DNA of 43,743 nt from an uncultured Dehalococcoidia bacterium (GTDB lineage Bacteria; Chloroflexota; Dehalococcoidia; Dehalococcoidales; Fen-1064): the NCBI GenBank assembly GCA_903916765.1, contig CAIWXV010000106.1:1-43743 (forward strand). Direction: 5' to 3'. The position numbers and the translations under genes were made by a program. This document shows, in pieces, positions 36,421-43,743 of the stretch. How positions within the stretch are numbered: the stretch's first letter is position 1; the number at the start of each line of letters is the position of its first letter. The notes below the pieces were generated by a model. That model worked only from the letters and a program-made list of their open reading frames with translations, was not told the origin of the DNA and searched no databases.

Positions 36421-36509
36421 GTCATTGTGAGCATAGCGAAACAATCTTGGGGAGGTGGGGAATCCCTACCCTGAGATTGCCACGCCCGCCTTCGGCGGAC
36501 TCGCAATGG
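36421..36509. repeat. Complex imperfect palindromic element with an internal CUUCGG hairpin
   Basis: CATTGTGAG...CTCGCAATG termini, GCGAAACAATCT / AGATTGCCACGC sub-arms and a CCGCC-TTCG-GGCGG hairpin (36486-36498). GC-rich compared with its surroundings, it lies between the EF-G paralog and the ABC-2 operon. Confidence 0.5.
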
Positions 36510-36518
36510 TTCCCGTTC

Positions 36519-38591
36519 TTAAACCTTTTCTTTCTCTTTTTCAGCCTGTTTAGCCGCAATAATCTTCTGAATAACCAGCGGCGGAGCTTCCTGGTAATGA
36601 CTGAATTCCATCGAGTATGTGCCTTTACCCTGAGTGATTGATTTCAGATTAATAGCGTAACGCTGGACTTCTGCCAGCGGGATAATCGCTTCGATGGTAT
36701 TAGCCCCTTCCTCGGGAATCATACCGTGCACCTGACCACGTTTAGTATTCAGGTCGCTGATAATATCGCCGGTATATGAATCGGGAGCAGTTATTTTAAG
36801 TTTCACGATGGGTTCCAGAAGAACAGGTTTACCATCCGTCAGTCCCCTCTTGACAGCGCCGGCGCCGGCAATCTTGAAGCAGATTTCTGATGAATCGACA
36901 GGGTGGAAACTGCCATCGATAGCCGTGATTCTGATATCATCCACAGGGAAGCCTGCCAGGACGCCTTCCTGTACTCCTTCATGGACGCCTTTCTCTACGG
37001 CAGGAATGAAGTTCCTGGGGATAGAACCACCGACGATTTTTTCGGTAAACTCTCTACCTGACCCACGCGGTAACGGCACCAGTTCCAATACTACATGTCC
37101 ATACTGTCCATGACCGCCGGTTTGTTTCCTATGCTTATATTCCGCTTCGGTCTGGACGGTAATAGTCTCTTTATAAGGAATTTTGGGAGTCTGTAATTCG
37201 ACATTAACCCCGAATTTGCGTGCCATCTTCTCGGCGGCAACAGCAAGCTGAATTTCGCCGATTCCGGAAAGAATAGTCTCGCTGGTAGTAGCATCACGGT
37301 GCATTTTAAGAGTGTGATCTTCTTCCACTATTTTGACAAGTGACGGACCCAACTTATCCAGGTCCAATTTAGTCTTGGGATAAACGGCTTCGCTGTATCT
37401 TGGTTCAGGGAATGTAATACCGACAATTTTGACAGGTTTTTCTTTAACACCCAGGGTATCACCGGTAGCAGTTACCGTTAACTTGGCGACTGCTCCGATA
37501 TCGCCTGCCGCAATCTCATGTGCAGGCTCCTGGTTTTTACCACGCAAAACAAATAATTGTCCAATTCGCTCATGCTCGCCGCGAGTTGTATTCCACACTT
37601 GAGAGTTGCTACTAAAAACACCGTCATAAACACGGAAATAGGTCAGTCTACCCACATATGGGTCGGCACTCGTCTTGAATACCAGAGCGGCCAGAGGTCC
37701 GGCAGGATTCGCTGCCATTTTAACCGGTTTATTACCTTCTCCGATAACAAGAACTTCACCTTCTTTAGGAGCCGGGAGATAATTGTTAATCGCATCCATC
37801 AAAGGAATAACACCGATATTCTGTAAACCGGAACTCACCAGAATAGGCACCAACTTACCGTCGATTACGGCTTTACGCAAAGCTTTATGAAGGTCTTCCA
37901 GAGCGATTTCTTCACCGCTCAGATATTTTTCAATCAATTTATCATCTGTCTCGGCAATGGATTCAGCCAGCTTATCCCGCAGGGATTTAGCTTGACTCTG
38001 CAATTCCGACGGGACATCGCCTTCCTGTGCGGCTGTGCCGGTATAACTCTTCATTTTCAACAGGTCGATAACACCTTTAAAACTGGTGTGGTCACCAATC
38101 GGTATCTGGACAGGTAAACATTTGCGTCCGAATTTAGATTGAATCTGCTCCACTATTTTGGTGAAATCGGCATTCTCACGATCCATTCTATTGACGACAA
38201 TCAGGCGCGGCAGATTATTTCCATTGCAGTATGACCAGACCTGCTCTGTGCCCACCTCGACACCGGAGACGGCACAAACCACAACCACTGCTCCTTCACT
38301 GACCCTGATAGCCGACTTGACCTCCCCGATAAAATCGGGATAGCCGGGCGTATCCATCAGATTGATTTTGTTCCCTTGCCAAACGTAAGGGAGCATACTG
38401 AGACTGATACTCATACTCCGTTTTTGCTCGGTAGGGTCGTAATCGGAAGTGGTGCTTCCGTCACTGACTTTACCCAACCGATTGATTACCTTGGCATCAA
38501 ATAAGATGGCTTCCGCCAGCGAAGTCTTACCGGCACCATTGTGAGCGACTAAAGCAAGGTTACGGATGTTTTCTAAGCCGAATTGTGCCAT
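36519..38591 (-). CDS. Elongation factor G paralog (EF-G2-like translational GTPase)
   Basis: G1 AHNGAGKTS, G3 DTPGYPDF, and five-domain EF-G architecture. 690 aa, not in an rpsL-rpsG-fusA context. Confidence 0.9.
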   Translation of the reverse strand: MAQFGLENIRNLALVAHNGAGKTSLAEAILFDAKVINRLGKVSDGSTTSDYDPTEQKRSMSISLSMLPYVWQGNKINLMDTPGYPDFIGEVKSAIRVSEGAVVVVCAVSGVEVGTEQVWSYCNGNNLPRLIVVNRMDRENADFTKIVEQIQSKFGRKCLPVQIPIGDHTSFKGVIDLLKMKSYTGTAAQEGDVPSELQSQAKSLRDKLAESIAETDDKLIEKYLSGEEIALEDLHKALRKAVIDGKLVPILVSSGLQNIGVIPLMDAINNYLPAPKEGEVLVIGEGNKPVKMAANPAGPLAALVFKTSADPYVGRLTYFRVYDGVFSSNSQVWNTTRGEHERIGQLFVLRGKNQEPAHEIAAGDIGAVAKLTVTATGDTLGVKEKPVKIVGITFPEPRYSEAVYPKTKLDLDKLGPSLVKIVEEDHTLKMHRDATTSETILSGIGEIQLAVAAEKMARKFGVNVELQTPKIPYKETITVQTEAEYKHRKQTGGHGQYGHVVLELVPLPRGSGREFTEKIVGGSIPRNFIPAVEKGVHEGVQEGVLAGFPVDDIRITAIDGSFHPVDSSEICFKIAGAGAVKRGLTDGKPVLLEPIVKLKITAPDSYTGDIISDLNTKRGQVHGMIPEEGANTIEAIIPLAEVQRYAINLKSITQGKGTYSMEFSHYQEAPPLVIQKIIAAKQAEKEKEKV

Positions 38592-38626
38592 ATCACCAGT
38601 CCCCTTTATTGAAAATAGTACTAACC

Positions 38627-38655
38627 ATTATAATCGCCCTGAAAGAATACGGCAA
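38627..38655 (-). promoter_or_regulatory. Putative promoter of the EF-G paralog gene
   Basis: Minus strand: TTGCCG, 17 nt, TATAAT, about 35 nt upstream of the ATG, with SD AAAGGGGA in between. Confidence 0.45.
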
Positions 38656-38689
38656 CTTCGAGATTGTTCATCAAATAAACAAGGGGGGT

Positions 38690-39241
38690 TTACTGCACCC
38701 CGAATTTCTCATTGAAAACGATTTCGGCAAGTTCTTTCCGGGGCGGGGCTTTAGCTTCACCATCAGGATAACCCAATGGAGTCATCTCTACCACGCAAAA
38801 ACCTTCAGGCACTCCCAGAATACTCTCTGCTTTCTTATGGTCGAAGTTACCAACATGTACCGTTCCCAATCCCAGCGCATGAGCAGCAAGAGTCAGATTT
38901 CCCATTGCCAAACCAACATCGAACATAAACCAATCACCCAGAACAGTAGATGGCCCCCCTTCACGATAAAAACCTGCCTTTCTAAGTACCGCACAGGCAA
39001 CGATAACAATGGGGGCAGCTTTGATAGCATTGATGGAAGGATTGGTAGGAGTCAATGTACCGGCAAGTTCATTTTTGACATCATTATTGCGTACTATAAT
39101 GAACCGCCAGCATTGAGTATTTGCCCAGGAAGGCGACCAGCGAGCCGCTTCCAGTACCTGTTCCAGAATCTTGTCATCGATGGGGTCGGTTTTGTATCGG
39201 CGAATACTTCTTCTTGCTTTGATAGCTTCCGGAACGTCCAT
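38690..39241 (-). CDS. Nitroreductase family protein
   Basis: RRSIRRY motif and WRFIIV core. The start at MDVPEAIKARRSIRRY lies 4 nt after the pcm stop; the longer ORF-track version would overlap pcm. Confidence 0.85.
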   Translation of the reverse strand: MDVPEAIKARRSIRRYKTDPIDDKILEQVLEAARWSPSWANTQCWRFIIVRNNDVKNELAGTLTPTNPSINAIKAAPIVIVACAVLRKAGFYREGGPSTVLGDWFMFDVGLAMGNLTLAAHALGLGTVHVGNFDHKKAESILGVPEGFCVVEMTPLGYPDGEAKAPPRKELAEIVFNEKFGVQ

Positions 39242-39245
39242 CTTT

Positions 39246-39908
39246 CTACACTCCATTCTCTTCTTCTCCCCAGGCACCTTTGCCAACTAAGGAGACAAAA
39301 CGACAGGCTCCGAGCTTTATTACTTCATTGCCTTGCTTATGCCTGACGATTTTATACAAATCCTGATTATAACGTGAGCCCACGGGAATTATCATTCGAC
39401 CACCGACAGCCAATTGAGCTATGAGGTCAGAGGGCACTCTGGGGGCACCGGCAGTGGCAATAATCGCATCATAAGGGGCACCATTCTCCCAACCCAGGGT
39501 ATTTTCTGCCAGATGCATCTCGATATTTTTATAGCCAAATTTTTCCAGTACTACTCGGGCTCTTTCAATAAGTAAGGGGAGACGTTCTGTAGTAGTTACA
39601 AAATGCGCCAGCTCTGCAAGAATTGCTGTCTGATAGCCGCTACCTGTGCCTAATTCCAGCACCTTCTCATTACCGGTGAGTTCTAATTCGGAGGTCATCA
39701 GAGCAACGATGTAAGGTTGTGAAATTGTCTGTTCCAGTCCGATTGGTAACGGTCGGTCTTCATAAGCCAGATAAGCTAAATCGGGAGAGACAAACAATTC
39801 ACGGGGCACTTTAGCCATTGCCGATAGAACATGTTTGTCCTTAATCTCCGCCGCAAGATGCTCAATTAACCTGGCTCTGGCTATATCAAAGTCCATAATG
39901 AGGCTCAC
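39246..39908 (-). CDS. pcm: Protein-L-isoaspartate O-methyltransferase
   Basis: TISQPYIVALM and SAM motif VLELGTGSGYQTA. 220 aa. Confidence 0.92.
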   Translation of the reverse strand: MSLIMDFDIARARLIEHLAAEIKDKHVLSAMAKVPRELFVSPDLAYLAYEDRPLPIGLEQTISQPYIVALMTSELELTGNEKVLELGTGSGYQTAILAELAHFVTTTERLPLLIERARVVLEKFGYKNIEMHLAENTLGWENGAPYDAIIATAGAPRVPSDLIAQLAVGGRMIIPVGSRYNQDLYKIVRHKQGNEVIKLGACRFVSLVGKGAWGEEENGV

Positions 39909-39919
39909 GCCCGATAAGG

Positions 39920-40180
39920 TTAGTGAATGATAAAAGACAGGACAACGATGACAATCAAGATAACGGCGGCAAGAGCACCAGACATCTTAAGCTCCGTGCC
40001 GACGTACTTGAACTGGTCGGGGAGATACTGGGCACCGGCCTGTTTGCCCGAGGACACAGCAGTTTTAACCGATGCAGCTAAGGGTTTACTAACTGCCTGT
40101 CCTGCAGTCGGTGTCTGCAAAGTATTGGCTTTTTTGCTGGACGAGTACTTGAATTTCTTGTGGTTTGATTTTTTAGACAC
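39920..40180 (-). CDS. Small tail-anchored membrane protein, unknown function
   Basis: 86 aa with a basic low-complexity N-terminal region and one C-terminal TM helix (GALAAVILIVIVVLSFII). It sits tightly between xer and pcm on the same strand. Confidence 0.5.
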   Translation of the reverse strand: MSKKSNHKKFKYSSSKKANTLQTPTAGQAVSKPLAASVKTAVSSGKQAGAQYLPDQFKYVGTELKMSGALAAVILIVIVVLSFIIH

Positions 40181-40200
40181 TTGCAGCTCTCTTTCAAAAA

Positions 40201-41124
40201 TTATTTGGCTCTAGGATGCGCTTTTTCATAACTCCGTCGGACATGTTCCGTTGTAAGATGCGTATAAACCTGCGTTGTAGAAATATTAGCATGTCCCAGT
40301 AATTCCTGCACGGCCCTCAAGTCGGCTCCGCCGCTCAACATATGCGTCGCAAAGCTGTGTCTCAGCGTGTGAGGCGTTACGGAGACTGCCAAACCTGCTT
40401 TTTTGGCATATTGCTTGAGTATCTGCCAGAAACCCTGCCTGGTGAGCCGCTCACCGCGGCGATTCAAAAACAGGGCTTTTTGTTCCTTATTATTGTGTGC
40501 CAATTGAGGACGTTCATCTCTGACATATTCCTCAACTGCATTTGCCGCCTGCTGATGAATAGGAATAATGCGCTCCTTGTGTCCCTTACCGAAACAACGC
40601 ACTTCTCCGTCCACGATATTCACATCTTCCACATTTAAAGACATCAGTTCGCTGACCCGCATACCGGACGCATATAATAGCTGCAACATCGCTCCGTCTC
40701 TTTTGGCTTCAGGAGTAGTGGATTTTGTGGGTTGTTCCAATAATGCACGTACTTGATTAATGGAAATCGGCTTCGGTAATGACCTGCCTACATTCAGCGA
40801 CTCCATATTTTTTGCGGGGTCTTCTTTGAGGGTCCCTTCAGCTACCATAAACTTGAAGAAAGCTCTTGCCGCTGCCAGTTTACGTGCTCGCGTTGTAGCG
40901 GCATACCGCTTCTCACGCAGGTTAAGCAGATAGCGTATCATTGCCTGACGGTTAAAACCCAACCAGGAAGGAATATTCCCTGTTTTAGCAGCTTCTTCCT
41001 CGACAAAACCCGCCAGTTGATTCAGGTCATTCTGATAAGCGAAGGAAGTATTATCCGCCAGACCTCTCTCAGCCTTCAGATAAGCCAGGAATTTATTAAT
41101 ATCTTCTCTAACCACCTTCCTCAC
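40201..41124 (-). CDS. Site-specific tyrosine recombinase, XerC/XerD family
   Basis: N-terminal SAM-like domain (FLAYLKAERGLADNTSFAYQNDL) and catalytic HTLRHSFATH ... LGHANISTTQVYTH. Confidence 0.9.
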   Translation of the reverse strand: MRKVVREDINKFLAYLKAERGLADNTSFAYQNDLNQLAGFVEEEAAKTGNIPSWLGFNRQAMIRYLLNLREKRYAATTRARKLAAARAFFKFMVAEGTLKEDPAKNMESLNVGRSLPKPISINQVRALLEQPTKSTTPEAKRDGAMLQLLYASGMRVSELMSLNVEDVNIVDGEVRCFGKGHKERIIPIHQQAANAVEEYVRDERPQLAHNNKEQKALFLNRRGERLTRQGFWQILKQYAKKAGLAVSVTPHTLRHSFATHMLSGGADLRAVQELLGHANISTTQVYTHLTTEHVRRSYEKAHPRAK

Positions 41125-41382
41125 CCCCTGGGAATACTTATGTAATCTTCCATACCCGACTTTATTTTAACATAATTAAAAAATAAGCAAAAGTGCAGGA
41201 TAATTGTGGAAGACAGTGATTAAAAACCAAAAGGTCAGGTGTTACCTCTTTTCTACAAACCCACTTGCATTAAATGCTACAGCACTCAATGCCGGTGAGG
41301 ATATAAGAAGAACCCCGACCTCTTAGAATATCAATTTCCTAGACTGGTAAAACGGAAAAACGTCTAATTCTAAAAAGCTAGA

Positions 41383-41601
41383 CTAGCCGCCGCCGCTCAT
41401 TCTGCGATAGTGGACATTCCACTTCATGCACAAGTCATTGATATATTCTTTTACCTCTGGTTTTGCGCCCAGGTAAAGCTCTGCCAGGAAACCATGAAGC
41501 AATTCACCACCACTCATTCCGGGTGATGGCTCAGTTGGACCCGGTAAATTAATATAGACAATCTCGGTCATCTGTTTTTGGTATTCAATCGCCGAACCCA
41601 T
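41383..41601 (-). CDS. Hypothetical small protein (72 aa) ending in GGG
   Basis: Strong SD GAAGGAGG 7 nt upstream of the ATG and its own candidate promoter. No family was recognised. Confidence 0.6.
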   Translation of the reverse strand: MGSAIEYQKQMTEIVYINLPGPTEPSPGMSGGELLHGFLAELYLGAKPEVKEYINDLCMKWNVHYRRMSGGG

Positions 41602-41633
41602 GAAATTACCTCCTTCAACATCAGGTATACTTT

Positions 41634-41662
41634 ATTATATTAGTAAAGTTGCTTGAAAACAA
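41634..41662 (-). promoter_or_regulatory. Putative promoter of the 72-aa ORF
   Basis: Minus strand: TTGTTT, 17 nt, TATAAT. Confidence 0.45.
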
Positions 41663-41690
41663 GAGGGTAAATACTTATTTCAAAATAGTT

Positions 41691-42680
41691 TTATGTCATT
41701 ATCGGTTTTAGTATCAGCGTGAGCAGGTAACCAAGCACAAAACAAACCGGGAAGGTGATAATCCACGTCATCACAATTTGTGCGGTCGTATCCCACCTGA
41801 CAGCCGAGAGGCGTTTGGTAGCACCGACGCCTAAAATCGTGGCATTAATCGAATGAGTGGTGCTTAATGGAATGCCCATCGATGAAGCTACCAGAATAGC
41901 AATACTGGCGGAAGTCTCGGCGGCAAAACCCTGCACCGGTTCGAGCTTCGTCAGTCCAAAACCCATCGTTTTAATAATCCGCCAGCCGCCGACAGCAGTG
42001 CCTAATGCCATAATGACACCACACAGTAACATCACCCACCCTGGCACATAGAAAGCAGGTAATATACCACCGATATAGAGCGCCATAGCAAAGACACCCA
42101 TAAACTTTTGACCGTCATTACTACCGTGACTGAACGCCATAAAAGCCGCAGAAAGAATCTGCAGACGGCCAAAAACATTTCTTACACCGGAAGTATTTGC
42201 TCGACGGAAAATCCAGTAGATTACAAGCATCATGATATAACCAAGAATAAAACCGGCAATAGTAGATATACCCAAACCAAGTAGGACTTTTCGCCATCCG
42301 TCCCACAACAGTACCGACGTTCCGGCGGTTGCCAAACCAGCGCCTGCTAATCCTGCCACCATTTCATGGGTTTCGCTGGTGGGAATGCCGAACCGCCAGG
42401 CTACCCAACTCCAGATAATAATAGTCAGGAGCGCTGCCGCAACAGTATGTAATCCAATCGCTTCCGGCTTAATAATCCCTGTACCGATGGTAGTGGCTAC
42501 TGCTGTGCCCGTCACTAACACACCAACAAGATTAAGAACACCCGCCATCAGCACAGCACGTCCGGGAGACAAAACACGAGTAGCAACTACGGTAGCGATG
42601 GCATTAGCGGCGTCAGTGACACCATTGGTAAACTCAGCCGCCAGCGCCAGAAAGAGCACAATAATAAGAGGTATTGTCAT
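41691..42680 (-). CDS. Inorganic phosphate transporter, PiT family
   Basis: Both PiT signature repeats are present (FTNGVTDAANAIATVV and SHGSNDGQKFMG). 329 aa, polytopic. Confidence 0.9.
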   Translation of the reverse strand: MTIPLIIVLFLALAAEFTNGVTDAANAIATVVATRVLSPGRAVLMAGVLNLVGVLVTGTAVATTIGTGIIKPEAIGLHTVAAALLTIIIWSWVAWRFGIPTSETHEMVAGLAGAGLATAGTSVLLWDGWRKVLLGLGISTIAGFILGYIMMLVIYWIFRRANTSGVRNVFGRLQILSAAFMAFSHGSNDGQKFMGVFAMALYIGGILPAFYVPGWVMLLCGVIMALGTAVGGWRIIKTMGFGLTKLEPVQGFAAETSASIAILVASSMGIPLSTTHSINATILGVGATKRLSAVRWDTTAQIVMTWIITFPVCFVLGYLLTLILKPIMT

Positions 42681-42719
42681 TTTCTACTTACAATTATACC
42701 ATTACGAAACTCGAGCACA

Positions 42720-43715
42720 CTAGACTATTAGCTTTACTACAGAAAAAACAACTCCGCCAATGATGCCCGCTGCCGGTATCGTGAGAACCCAGGCTATCAC
42801 AATATTGAAAGTCATACCCCAGCGCACCGCAGATAACCGATTCGCCGACCCTACGCCCGAGATGGCTCCGGTGATAACATGGGTAGTAGATACCGGTATT
42901 CCCAGACTAGTTGCCAGAAAAATGCTCGATGCCGCCGCCGTCTCGGCACAGAAACCATCGATTGGAGTCAATCTGGTAATCTTCTGACCCATTGTCTTGA
43001 TAATACGCCAGCCGCCGCTGATTGTACCCAATGCAATAGAAGCATGAGCACTCAGTACCACCCATAAAGGTATTTTAAACTCCGGGATTAATCCCCCGGC
43101 AACAAGAAGACTGGCAATAATGCCCATAGTTTTTTGGGCATCATTACCACCATGCCCCAAACTATAAGCACCCGCGGAAAAAAGTTGTAATACCTTCGAC
43201 CACTTATTAACAGAAGCCAAATTCTGCTTACGCAGGAGCCACGCGATCATAATTCTTAATATATAGCCTAAAATTATCCCGATGATAGGCGCCAAGACAA
43301 TAAAGGCTAATATTTTGTACCAACCGCTGGCAATAATCACACCGAAACCGGCATTGGCGATAGCCGCGCCGGCATAACCACCAATCAGAGCATGGGAGGA
43401 GCTACTGGGCAATCCGAAGTACCAGGTAATCAGATTCCAACAGATAGCCCCGATAAGACCTGCGAAAATTACCGTAGGCGTCACTGTCTCAATCTTGATC
43501 ATCCCCGTACCGATTGTATGGGCAACGGTCGTACCAAAAATGAGGAAGGCGATAAAATTAAAAAATGCCGCCCAGATTACAGCTTGTCGGGGTGACAAAA
43601 CCCTGGTGGAAACAATAGTAGAAACGGAATTCGCCGCATCATGCATACCATTGGTATAGTCAAATACCAGAGCAATGACGATGATAATGATTATGAAAAA
43701 CAGACTCGAAGTCAC
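42720..43715 (-). CDS. Inorganic phosphate transporter, PiT family (tandem paralog)
   Basis: YTNGMHDAANSVSTIV and GHGGNDAQKTMG. 331 aa, with a GTG start preceded by GGAG. Confidence 0.9.
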   Translation of the reverse strand: MTSSLFFIIIIIVIALVFDYTNGMHDAANSVSTIVSTRVLSPRQAVIWAAFFNFIAFLIFGTTVAHTIGTGMIKIETVTPTVIFAGLIGAICWNLITWYFGLPSSSSHALIGGYAGAAIANAGFGVIIASGWYKILAFIVLAPIIGIILGYILRIMIAWLLRKQNLASVNKWSKVLQLFSAGAYSLGHGGNDAQKTMGIIASLLVAGGLIPEFKIPLWVVLSAHASIALGTISGGWRIIKTMGQKITRLTPIDGFCAETAAASSIFLATSLGIPVSTTHVITGAISGVGSANRLSAVRWGMTFNIVIAWVLTIPAAGIIGGVVFSVVKLIV

Positions 43716-43743
43716 TCTATAAATCTCCGATATCCATCATAAT

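Noticed and set aside
38585-39346. 253-aa plus-strand ORF
   Set aside because: It is antisense to the nitroreductase gene and the pcm 3' end, has no recognisable domains and no SD.

Overview
This is a 43.7 kb chromosomal segment of about 45% GC, densely packed with roughly 45 genes. Thr-rich lipoprotein linkers, frequent TTG/GTG starts and overlapping genes suggest a Chloroflexota (Dehalococcoidia-like) bacterium, but that taxonomic call is inference only. About 13.3-43.7 kb is housekeeping: coaX-coaBC, valS, prs-secA, glyA, a family-4 UDG, RNase J, ftsK, etfBA, prfA-prmC, an NDP-sugar pyrophosphorylase, an ABC-2 exporter, an EF-G paralog, pcm, a Xer recombinase and two tandem PiT phosphate carriers. 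About 0-12.8 kb looks more accessory. It holds a peptide ABC importer, a MarR regulator, a twice-frameshifted alpha/beta hydrolase, a family III CoA-transferase, a presenilin-like intramembrane protease, a MacB-type ABC pair, MgtA and an atypical CorA-like protein. This block ends at an initiator tRNA-Met whose 3' end is overlapped by the C-terminal remnant of a recombinase-like ORF. The most interesting signal is a candidate ribosome-mediated transcription attenuator in front of valS. It has a near-leaderless 10-codon ORF with four consecutive Val codons, followed by a two-part antiterminator helix that sequesters both arms of an intrinsic terminator. Also notable are an orphan perfect consensus promoter with a 360-nt non-coding leader upstream of coaX, a complex palindromic element with a UUCG hairpin, and a CorA-like protein lacking the GMN motif. 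No CRISPR array, rRNA or intact mobile element was seen.
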